Shown here: positions 8,202-15,213 of the stretch, one piece after another
Layout: the number at the start of each line of letters is the position of its first letter
How positions within the stretch are numbered: the first letter of the stretch is position 1
Source: Candidatus Iainarchaeum sp.
Lineage (GTDB): Archaea > Iainarchaeota > Iainarchaeia > Iainarchaeales > DTGL01
DNA: 23,468 nt
Direction of reading: 5' to 3'
Assembly: GCA_038736825.1 (NCBI GenBank)
Contig: JAVYME010000020.1
Location: forward strand, 1-23,468
Translations under genes and position numbers: made by a program
Notes under the pieces: model-generated
The model's database searches: none
Told to the model about the DNA's origin: nothing
What the model saw: only the letters and a program-made list of their open reading frames with translations

Positions 8202-9182
8202 TTATTTCAAAAAAATGTTTTTTTCGCTTCTCTTGTGATACATGAAATCATCCTCAGTGTCAGCCCTAGCGCGCTCAATGAATTCAATCATTTCAGCAAG
8301 CTTTGAACTCAACTCGTCAGCATAATAAACCGCAACAGCCTCTGGAAACATTGGTTCCTTCGGAGAACCAAACTCCTGCCTTCCATGATGACTCAAAAGA
8401 ACATGCAACAACTTGTTTTTTGTCTGCTCATCCAAACCAACCTCATCACACTTTTTTGCAACAAAAACAACACTCAAAGAAATATGACCCAACAACTGCC
8501 CCTTAACAGTGCCCTTAATGCGAGAAGTCATTTCAATTTCTTCAATTTTTCCAATATCATGCAACAAAGCCCCAGCAATCACCAAATCCTTATCCAAAGA
8601 GGGAAAAAGCTCGCAAGCCTTTTTGCAAAAACCAACAACCTCGAGCACGTGCTCCAACAAACCTGAAACCCTGCCGTGATGAATTTCTATCGCCCCAGGA
8701 TGCCTTTTGAATTTTTCAGCAAAATCTTTTTCTTTAAAAATTTTTTCCAACAATTCCCTAAGCTTTGGGTTTTCAACCAAACCAATTTCCTCAAGCAATT
8801 GCGAATACAATTCCCCGGCATCCTTTCTCGCCGGCTGAATAAAATCACTCGGATTGAACTGTCCTTCCATTAAAACCTCGATCTTGTCAGGCTCATTGGT
8901 TGCCAATTGCAGCTTGTTATTATAAGTTGAAATCTTTCCCTGAACCCGCACAATAGAATCCGCCTTAATGGAATCATACAAAGATTTCACCATTGCTTCA
9001 TTTTGGTTACCCCAATACCTGTACTCAATGTTTTTTCCGCTTTGATCCGACAAAGTCAATTCAAAAGAATAACCGTTTTTATACTGAGAAAAACCCTTCT
9101 TGAACTTGACAAAAAAAAGGTCATCAACGCGGTCCCCCTCTTTCAAGGCAGAAACTGGCACTCTTTTAACAAATTTTTGCAT
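8202..9182 (-). CDS. OB-fold + HD-domain phosphohydrolase, YhaM-like putative 3'-5' exoribonuclease
   Basis: An N-terminal OB-fold-like region (FELTLSDQSGKNIEYRYWG...VRVQGKISTYNNKLQL) is followed by HD motifs (HHGRVSGLLEHV, GALLHDIGK, LLSHHG). The start is set at ATG 9182; the track start at 9200 is a TTG. Confidence 0.75.
   Translation of the reverse strand: MQKFVKRVPVSALKEGDRVDDLFFVKFKKGFSQYKNGYSFELTLSDQSGKNIEYRYWGNQNEAMVKSLYDSIKADSIVRVQGKISTYNNKLQLATNEPDKIEVLMEGQFNPSDFIQPARKDAGELYSQLLEEIGLVENPKLRELLEKIFKEKDFAEKFKRHPGAIEIHHGRVSGLLEHVLEVVGFCKKACELFPSLDKDLVIAGALLHDIGKIEEIEMTSRIKGTVKGQLLGHISLSVVFVAKKCDEVGLDEQTKNKLLHVLLSHHGRQEFGSPKEPMFPEAVAVYYADELSSKLAEMIEFIERARADTEDDFMYHKRSEKNIFLK
8218..8224 (+). 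terminator. Oligo-T tract (T7) after pheT, preceded by a weak AAACAT/ATGTTT hairpin
   Basis: It lies 27 nt after the pheT stop, inside the 3' end of the convergent gene. Archaeal termination commonly uses oligo-T. The reverse strand has a T6 just past the convergent gene's stop. Confidence 0.3.
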
Positions 9183-9390
9183 AAAAAAAAGCCCCCACAA
9201 ACAAATACAAACTGATTGAAAGAATGTTTTTTTAATTTATAGAAGTCACGCTTGTGATCAGTTAAAACAAAAACCACAAAATTGTTCAAAAAAACAAGTT
9301 TGTTTGCAATTTCTACTTCAATTATTGGCTATTTCTCTACTTACGCTTTAAAAATTTTGGATAAACTGCCTGCTTTTCGTAAAATAAGGA

Positions 9391-9410
9391 GAAAAACGGG
9401 TTTTCACCCG
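9391..9410 (-). terminator. Hairpin plus T5 after the small membrane ORF
   Basis: The minus strand reads CGGGU-GAAA-ACCCG (stems at 9397-9401 and 9406-9410) followed directly by UUUUU (9392-9396). It lies 9 nt past the stop at 9419. Confidence 0.45.
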
Positions 9411-9418
9411 CTTTGCTT

Positions 9419-9637
9419 TTACCTGCCTCTTGAGCCTATCATTGAGGCTGCGCTTAGTATTGCTGCTGACAAGACAACCCAGTCGCCGCTAACACTGAGT
9501 TTGAGCAGGTCTGCTGCAAACTTTATTATCCAAAGGTTAACTGCAAAAAACACTAGTCCCAGTAACACCAGTATTACTGCTGAAACAACCAGTGCCAGAA
9601 TGCCACCCATCATTGCAGCAGCAAACTTGAACACCAT
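9419..9637 (-). CDS. Small two-TM membrane protein (72 aa), unknown function
   Basis: It has two clear hydrophobic helices (GGILALVVSAVILVLLGLVFFAV and VVLSAAILSAASMI). A strong Shine-Dalgarno GGGGGTGA lies 6 nt upstream of the ATG, and a hairpin with T5 follows. I prefer it to the overlapping 127-aa plus-strand ORF. Confidence 0.5.
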   Translation of the reverse strand: MVFKFAAAMMGGILALVVSAVILVLLGLVFFAVNLWIIKFAADLLKLSVSGDWVVLSAAILSAASMIGSRGR

Positions 9638-9643
9638 TTTCTG

Positions 9644-9651
9644 TCACCCCC
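9644..9651 (-). promoter_or_regulatory. Shine-Dalgarno GGGGGTGA for the 72-aa ORF
   Basis: It is separated from the ATG at 9637 by a 6-nt spacer (CAGAAA). Confidence 0.5.
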
Positions 9652-9801
9652 TTTATAATGATTGACAAATCTTTTTTTATTTCCACGCCATTCTGTCCCC
9701 ATTTAGCGCCATCGCTGACTACTATTGGCTTCTTATTGGTTTTGCCAACACTTAAACAGACTTCAACAAAAATCAGAATAAAATTAAAAAATAATTAAAT
9801 T

Positions 9802-11265
9802 TTAGTTAGTTTGAGGTTTTTCTTTTTTTGGCTTTCCAAAAAGCGTTGTCTGTTTCGCGTGCTCTTCCGCTTCAGGCTTGCGCTTTTCCGCCTTTTTCTT
9901 TTTGTTTTTTTCCGCATTTTTTTCAATTAGTGGTTTTTCAACAACCAACTCTTTTGACTGCACTACTTTGCCAAACTTTTCCCTTAATGCTTTCTCGCGC
10001 AGTTTTTCAGCTTCTTCAAGCACTAATTGCACTTTTTTGGTTTCAGGCTTGGATTGCATTAAAAAAGCAACCTCTTTTTCTTCAAAATTGAATTGCGCTG
10101 TGAGTGCAGCGGCTTTTTGCTTATCATGAAAAAATTCAAACAAGAGAGGTAATTCGTATTGCATTACAGAGCGCGCTGAAGCGTTAATCTGTTTTCCAAC
10201 TTTTTTGCAAATGGAAAGCCTTGTTTCGCGTGCAGAACGGGACGCACTTAATTTTCTGAGCAATTGCGGGAACTGGTATTGAGTCCAGCCAGAGTATTCT
10301 TTTTCCCTGCTCAATGGAGCACAAGCAATCATTAAATCAAGAGAATAGCGGCGCATTCCATAATCCTGTCGCTTAAAAATGCGACCTTCAAAAATGTCTC
10401 CGCGAGAAAAAAAATCAAAAGCGCTTGCAGTGTCCTTGAAATCAAACTCTATTGGAATGTTTTCCTCAATCCATCGGGCAAGCAGTTCTTCATCCACTTC
10501 GCTCTTAAACCTTGCCTTTCTGGATTCCTCCAAGGTTTTTGCTTTGAAAAGAGCGCGCACTGTGGAAAAAATGTTTTCCTCTCGCTCTCTGCCGCCCAAG
10601 CTCTCCACATCTTTAATTGAAATGATTCCCTTGAACGCAAGGGTTTGCAAATCCAATAGTGCAGAGCGAAAATCCCCAGAAGAGTTTTTTGCAAGTAGTT
10701 CAATTGCTTCCGAGTCAAATTTTATGCCTTCCATTTCACAGATTTCGCGCAAGCGCTTTGCAATAGACAAATAATTGATTTTTTTTAATTGCAACAATTC
10801 GCATTGTGCTCTGATTGGGGCAAGTTTTTGGTCTTCATAAATGTCGTTTGCTGTAAGAATAACTGGGTTTTGGGATTCTTTCAATATTTGGGATATTGCG
10901 CTTGCTCCGCCCCTGTCAGCTGCCTGCAATCCATCCACTTCATCCAATAAAATTAACCTAAGCTTTCCTGAAAAAGACGCTCCCTGCGAAGCAGCGCCAG
11001 CAAGCCGTTCAATTGATTCCTTTGTGCGAAAATCGCTTGCATTCAATTCAAAAACACTCCATTGAAAAGTTTTTGCAACCAGTAGTGCAAGCGTTGTTTT
11101 GCCATTGCCAGGCGAACCATAAACCAAGAGCGGTTTCTGCTTTTTTCCATCATTCCATTTTTTTGCCCAAACCTGAACTCTGGCAACAACTTCACTGTTG
11201 CCAACAAATTCGCTCCATTCTTTGGGATGAAACTTTTCAGTCCAAAGCTCGCTTCCAACAGACAT
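9802..11265 (-). CDS. rfcL: Replication factor C large subunit
   Basis: 487 aa. Motifs: WTEKFHPKEWSEFVGN, Walker A GSPGNGKTT, Walker B LILLDEVDG. The Lys-rich C-terminal tail ends in KQTTLFGKPKK, resembling the QxxLF core of the C-terminal PCNA-binding motif of archaeal RFC-L. Confidence 0.9.
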   Translation of the reverse strand: MSVGSELWTEKFHPKEWSEFVGNSEVVARVQVWAKKWNDGKKQKPLLVYGSPGNGKTTLALLVAKTFQWSVFELNASDFRTKESIERLAGAASQGASFSGKLRLILLDEVDGLQAADRGGASAISQILKESQNPVILTANDIYEDQKLAPIRAQCELLQLKKINYLSIAKRLREICEMEGIKFDSEAIELLAKNSSGDFRSALLDLQTLAFKGIISIKDVESLGGREREENIFSTVRALFKAKTLEESRKARFKSEVDEELLARWIEENIPIEFDFKDTASAFDFFSRGDIFEGRIFKRQDYGMRRYSLDLMIACAPLSREKEYSGWTQYQFPQLLRKLSASRSARETRLSICKKVGKQINASARSVMQYELPLLFEFFHDKQKAAALTAQFNFEEKEVAFLMQSKPETKKVQLVLEEAEKLREKALREKFGKVVQSKELVVEKPLIEKNAEKNKKKKAEKRKPEAEEHAKQTTLFGKPKKEKPQTN

Positions 11266-11312
11266 GCTATGAAAAGAGAAAAAAAAGGATTAAATGGGTT
11301 TGTTTTAGTGCG

Positions 11313-11765
11313 CTATGGTTGCAATTGAAATAACAAACAATTTGACCAACCAATAATCGATCCGACTGCTAGAATGGCTTTTTCTTCTGGGCTAGATAAA
11401 CCAAGAGCATTTGATTTTGTAAAAAGAGTGTAGGACACCGATTGGCTGTCATCCAAGTTTTCTTCAGAGAACGGCTTAATTTCTGCTAAAGCCCCATCCT
11501 CTTTTTCAAAGCGCAAGCCAGCAAATGCTTCGAAAACAAGCGCGACTTTTTCCTTTAAAAGGGTTATCTTCCAAACAGCACTATTAGAAGCAGTAGTTGC
11601 CTGCATTGACTTGAAATCAATGGTGCCGGCTTTTTTGCCATCAAGCTCAACTTCAACAAAGCCTTGGGCGATGCTGGCTACGATTTTGCTTTTTGCAGAA
11701 GTGACAGAAAGCCTGCCTGAAATCCTTGAAAAGTAGCCTTTTTCTGAAACCCCTGCTTTTTCCAA
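11313..11765 (-). CDS. Hypothetical protein, downstream fragment of a gene split at a T10 run
   Basis: 150-aa ORF. Its only start is a TTG formed by the end of the T10 run, and it has no ATG until residue 54. See the frameshift finding. Confidence 0.45.
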   Translation of the reverse strand: MEKAGVSEKGYFSRISGRLSVTSAKSKIVASIAQGFVEVELDGKKAGTIDFKSMQATTASNSAVWKITLLKEKVALVFEAFAGLRFEKEDGALAEIKPFSEENLDDSQSVSYTLFTKSNALGLSSPEEKAILAVGSIIGWSNCLLFQLQP

Positions 11766-12058
11766 AAAAAAAACACGGCTCTTGCAAGCGGCGGAATCTC
11801 AGGACGGCCCTTTTTTTGCTTAGCGGCATTTTTGCAATCCTCAGCCTTGTAAAAATCAAACAAAAAATCAATTTCTCCGAAAAGGCCTTTCAGTTTGAAA
11901 GTTAAATTTATTTCAGGGAATTCTGCAAAAAAATCCCCACTGCATTCGGTTTGCTCTGGGAGCTTGGCGCTCTCGAACTTCTTTTTAGCCCTACTCGAAG
12001 GGGGCCAATTTGATTTGGCCCAAACGAGGAACACTATGAAAGCAAAGACAAAAAGCAT
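11678..12058 (-). CDS. Hypothetical membrane-anchored protein, upstream fragment of a gene split at a T10 run
   Basis: 126-aa ORF with an ATG start and an N-terminal TM helix (MLFVFAFIVFLVWA). After the T10 run (A10 at 11764-11773 on +), the last 29 codons look like out-of-frame read-through. Confidence 0.45.
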   Translation of the reverse strand: MLFVFAFIVFLVWAKSNWPPSSRAKKKFESAKLPEQTECSGDFFAEFPEINLTFKLKGLFGEIDFLFDFYKAEDCKNAAKQKKGRPEIPPLARAVFFFWKKQGFQKKATFQGFQAGFLSLLQKAKS

Positions 12059-12177
12059 GCCAAATGACTGAAAAATGTAAAACGAATCTGTTTATGGAGA
12101 CCAAGCCATGCCAATATAATGCGCTGAAATGGTATTTATTTATTTTGATGCAGGATATCCTTATTGGGGTTATTCCA

Positions 12178-13362
12178 ATGGAGATTGGCTTGGTTGGAGC
12201 ACCTAATTCTGGCAAGAGCACTTTTTTCAATGCTGCCACTTTGCAGAACGCTGAAACTGGCAATCGGCCTTTTGTGACAATAAAGCCCAATCAGGGAACT
12301 GCTTTTGTGAAAGTGGAGTGCCCTCACAAGGAAATAGGGCAAAAGTGTGATCCCCAGCACGGTTATTGCATTGATGGATGGCGTTTTGTTCCAATTGTTT
12401 TTTGGGATGTTGCTGGATTGGTGCCGGACGCATGGCAGGGCAAAGGACTTGGAAACCAGTTTTTGAATGACATAATGCAGGCAAAAGCATTAATTCACGT
12501 TCTTGACGCAAGCGGTTCCACCAACACTCATGGAGAGGTTTTGGGTGAAGGCTGCTTTGATCCATCCATTACTGTTGAATTCTTGGAAAAAGAGATTTCT
12601 TATTGGATTAGAGGCATTATTCAAAAAAACTGGAAGGAAACAGCAAAAAGAGCAACCGCTGGAAATATTGTTGAAGCAATTGCAAACCAGTTGAGTGGCT
12701 TGGGGGTTACGCTGGACGATGTCAAGCACGTGCTTTCAAGGGAAGAATTCTCGGGAAGGCCCGTGGATTGGAGCGATGAAACCCTTTTGGTTTTGGCTGA
12801 AGAGATAAGAAAGAAAAGCAAGCCGATGGTTATTGCTGCAAACAAGGCAGACTTGAAAAGCGGAAAGCAAAACGTGGGAAAACTTAAAGCGATGTTTTCA
12901 GATGAGACGATTGTGCCTACTTCAGCGGAAGCGGAATTGGCGTTAAGAAAAGCACACGAGCATGGCTTGATTCACTATGTGCCTGGCTCTATAGATTTCA
13001 AGGAATTGCAGCCAATGCCGGAAAAGCAAAAGAAATGCCTTGAATTCATAAGGGAAAACGTTTTGCAGCAATATGGTGGCACGGGAGTGCAGGAAATAAT
13101 AAACAAAACCGCTTTCGAATTATTGGATTTAATGGTTGTGTTTCCAGTTCAGGACTCAAACAAATGGGTTTCATCAAAAGGGCACTTGTTGCCGGATGCC
13201 CATATTTTGAAAAAAGGCTCCACTGCGCTTGACCTTGCATTCAAGATTCACACTGACATTGGCAATAAATTTGTTGCAGCAATAAACTGTAGAACCCAGC
13301 AAAAAATAGGAAAAGACACTGAATTAAAGCACTTGGATGTAGTGAAAATTATCACGCGGTGA
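12178..13362 (+). CDS. Obg-family GTPase, YchF/Ygr210-like, with C-terminal TGS domain
   Basis: Motifs: G1 GLVGAPNSGKSTFFNAAT, then PFVTIKPNQG, G3 WDVAGLVPDAWQGKGLGNQFL, G4 AANKAD, and a TGS-like end (KDTELKHLDVVKIITR). The start is set at ATG 12178 (MEIGLVG...). The 38-aa track extension precedes the G1 loop and covers a T-rich TATA-like stretch (12133-12148). Confidence 0.85.
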   Translation: MEIGLVGAPNSGKSTFFNAATLQNAETGNRPFVTIKPNQGTAFVKVECPHKEIGQKCDPQHGYCIDGWRFVPIVFWDVAGLVPDAWQGKGLGNQFLNDIMQAKALIHVLDASGSTNTHGEVLGEGCFDPSITVEFLEKEISYWIRGIIQKNWKETAKRATAGNIVEAIANQLSGLGVTLDDVKHVLSREEFSGRPVDWSDETLLVLAEEIRKKSKPMVIAANKADLKSGKQNVGKLKAMFSDETIVPTSAEAELALRKAHEHGLIHYVPGSIDFKELQPMPEKQKKCLEFIRENVLQQYGGTGVQEIINKTAFELLDLMVVFPVQDSNKWVSSKGHLLPDAHILKKGSTALDLAFKIHTDIGNKFVAAINCRTQQKIGKDTELKHLDVVKIITR

Positions 13363-13365
13363 ACT

Positions 13366-14490
13366 TCAATTCAGTGCGCTTTCAATTTCTTTTTTTGGTT
13401 GTGCTAGTTTTATTGTGCGCGTGCGCCCGCGAATGCCTTTGTCAACAGGCTCTGTTTTCAACAATTTCAGGGATTCAAGGCGATTGAGTTTTTTTCTGAA
13501 AGAGCGCTGGGTGAGAGCCTTTTCCCCAAACCGTTTCTGGAACTTTTCAAAAAGCCTTCCTGAAAAAACATTGTCTTCCTCGCACAGCAATCTCAAAATG
13601 TTTTTCTCGTTTTCATCCAGAAAGTTTTTTGCCTTGTCCAGGGCTCGAGAGTGAATTGAATCAAAAGCAGAGCGCAAATGGGAAACTTGCACTTTTGAAG
13701 CGCCTTCCCTGGAAGCAATCCTGCCAGCGCGAAGCAGGCTTTCAATGGCAAGGCGCGCGTCACCCTGGTGCTTGGCAGCATGGCCTGCGGCAACATTTAT
13801 GACTTCTGGGTCAAGCGCGTTCTCTGTAAAAGCGTATTTTGCTCTTTCCTTTAAAATTTCTTTTAATTGGATTGGAGTGTATTGCGCGAACTCCACTGGA
13901 TTGTGAAGCAGGCTGCTGCGAACGCGATCGTCAAGTTTTGAAACAAGCATTTCATTGTTGGAAATTATTACTATTCCCAAGCGCGATTTTTGGAATTCCA
14001 CAACTCGCAATAAATCGTATAAAACAAGAGAGGCGGCTCCTGAGGAAAGCAATTGGTCTAATTCGTCAAGCACTATTATTGGCACAAAATCTGCTTTTTT
14101 TAGCGCCAAAAGCATTTCAGAGTAAACTTCGTCTGTGGCAATGCCTCTTCGTGGAACCGGTACACCCAAGAAAAGGCAGATTTGGTTGAGTATTGCTTGG
14201 CGGGTGTTGAACTCAAAACAGTTCAAGTAAAGTCCTTTGGCGCGATTGCTGAAAGCCTCGAGTTCGCGAAGGACAAATTTTACTGTTACAGTTTTTCCTG
14301 TTCCGCTTCCCCCAAAAACAAAAACGTTTTGTGGTTTGCCGCCTTTGAGAACTGGCTGAAATGAGTGAACTAGTTCGTCAATCTGGGCGTCACGGTATGG
14401 CAGTCTTTCAGGGACAAATTCTGGGTAAAGAAATTTTTCATCCCTGAAAATGCCGTTATCGCTGGCTTCAGAAAAAATATTTTTGGGCAT
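13366..14490 (-). CDS. cdc6: Orc1/Cdc6 replication initiator
   Basis: 374 aa. Motifs: PERLPYRDAQIDEL, Walker A GGSGTGKTVT, Walker B IIVLDELD, sensor region IVIISNN. The C-terminal part is winged-helix-like. It converges on the GTPase gene with a 3-nt gap. Confidence 0.92.
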   Translation of the reverse strand: MPKNIFSEASDNGIFRDEKFLYPEFVPERLPYRDAQIDELVHSFQPVLKGGKPQNVFVFGGSGTGKTVTVKFVLRELEAFSNRAKGLYLNCFEFNTRQAILNQICLFLGVPVPRRGIATDEVYSEMLLALKKADFVPIIVLDELDQLLSSGAASLVLYDLLRVVEFQKSRLGIVIISNNEMLVSKLDDRVRSSLLHNPVEFAQYTPIQLKEILKERAKYAFTENALDPEVINVAAGHAAKHQGDARLAIESLLRAGRIASREGASKVQVSHLRSAFDSIHSRALDKAKNFLDENEKNILRLLCEEDNVFSGRLFEKFQKRFGEKALTQRSFRKKLNRLESLKLLKTEPVDKGIRGRTRTIKLAQPKKEIESALN

Positions 14491-14604
14491 TGTAAGTCAA
14501 TTTAACCTCAAAAAAAAATATATTACTATTAGGCACTAAAAAGCCAGTTCAGGGGAAGCGAGGTGTTCCGTGCATTTAAAAAGGATGGAAATCGCAAGAG
14601 GTAA

Positions 14605-14611
14605 GAGGTGA
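14605..14611 (+). promoter_or_regulatory. Shine-Dalgarno GAGGTGA (within tandem AAGAGGT AAGAGGT) for the 64-aa ORF
   Basis: It lies 4 nt upstream of the ATG at 14616. A TATA-like ATTTAAAAA is at 14574-14582. Confidence 0.45.
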
Positions 14612-14615
14612 GAAA

Positions 14616-14810
14616 ATGAGGGTTTTTACAAAAAACGAGTTTGGATTGATGGATTTAGAAGAACTTGATGCACAAAAGGAAAAAATTTATGAAAGCCTTC
14701 TTAAAAACAGGGAACCAAGAAAAAACAGGAATGTATTGTACGAACTATTGGGTGTTGTGGAAGAAAAAATCAAATATGAAGGCATTATGCCGGAAATAAA
14801 GCTTGCTTGA
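14616..14810 (+). CDS. Small hypothetical protein (64 aa), charged and helical
   Basis: The ORF is preceded by a strong SD. Its composition is protein-like (MRVFTKNEFGLMDLEELDAQKEKIYESLLKN...). I recognise no family. Confidence 0.45.
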   Translation: MRVFTKNEFGLMDLEELDAQKEKIYESLLKNREPRKNRNVLYELLGVVEEKIKYEGIMPEIKLA

Positions 14811-14841
14811 GCCTCCTTGAAATCAACACAACAAAAAAGCG

Positions 14842-14867
14842 CTTCCGAGCCCTGAGGGGTTCGGAAG
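14842..14867. other. 11-bp stem hairpin (CTTCCGAGCCC / GGGTTCGGAAG, one G-T wobble, 4-nt loop)
   Basis: Read directly from the sequence. On the minus strand it is followed at once by CGCTTTTTTG (T6, 14833-14838). On the plus strand it is preceded by A6. It may be a terminator (either orientation) or a protein-binding dyad. Confidence 0.4.
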
Positions 14868-14872
14868 GCAAA

Positions 14873-14880
14873 ATATTTAA
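14873..14880 (+). promoter_or_regulatory. TATA-like box (ATATTTAA) for the 98-aa membrane ORF
   Basis: It starts 32 nt upstream of the ATG at 14905. Confidence 0.4.
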
Positions 14881-14904
14881 ACTTGCGCGTGCACAAAAAT
14901 ATTC

Positions 14905-15201
14905 ATGGCTGATGCGCAACCAGCTCCTGCACCAAAACCAAAAACACCTGACAGTGTTGACCAATTCTTTCAAAAGCTGATGGGGGATGCAGGGAAAAAG
15001 GTTTCAAATTTTGCAGCATTCTTTTTCATTATTCTGGCTTTTGGAACAATTTTGGGCTTCTTTGTAATGATTAAGGCTGAAGAAATGGCAATACAAGCAG
15101 TGCTTGCACTGGCAGTGATTGCACTAGTGGCGTATTATAATAGGGCGATTGCAGTAATTCTGTTCTTGCTTTCAATAGCATGCCTTGTTTTCTTTTTGTG
15201 A
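14905..15201 (+). CDS. Small membrane protein (98 aa), Pro/Ala-rich N-terminus and 2-3 TM helices
   Basis: The sequence begins MADAQPAPAPKPKTPDS, followed by FAAFFFIILAFGTILGFFVMI, AVLALAVIALVAYY and AVILFLLSIACLVFFL. A TATA-like box sits at the usual spacing. Confidence 0.55.
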   Translation: MADAQPAPAPKPKTPDSVDQFFQKLMGDAGKKVSNFAAFFFIILAFGTILGFFVMIKAEEMAIQAVLALAVIALVAYYNRAIAVILFLLSIACLVFFL

Positions 15202-15213
15202 AAAACCTGAAAA

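Noticed and set aside
12064-12177. 38-aa N-terminal extension of the GTPase
   Set aside because: The G1 P-loop normally sits within about 10 residues of the N-terminus in this family. The extension covers the T-rich TATA-like stretch at 12133-12148.
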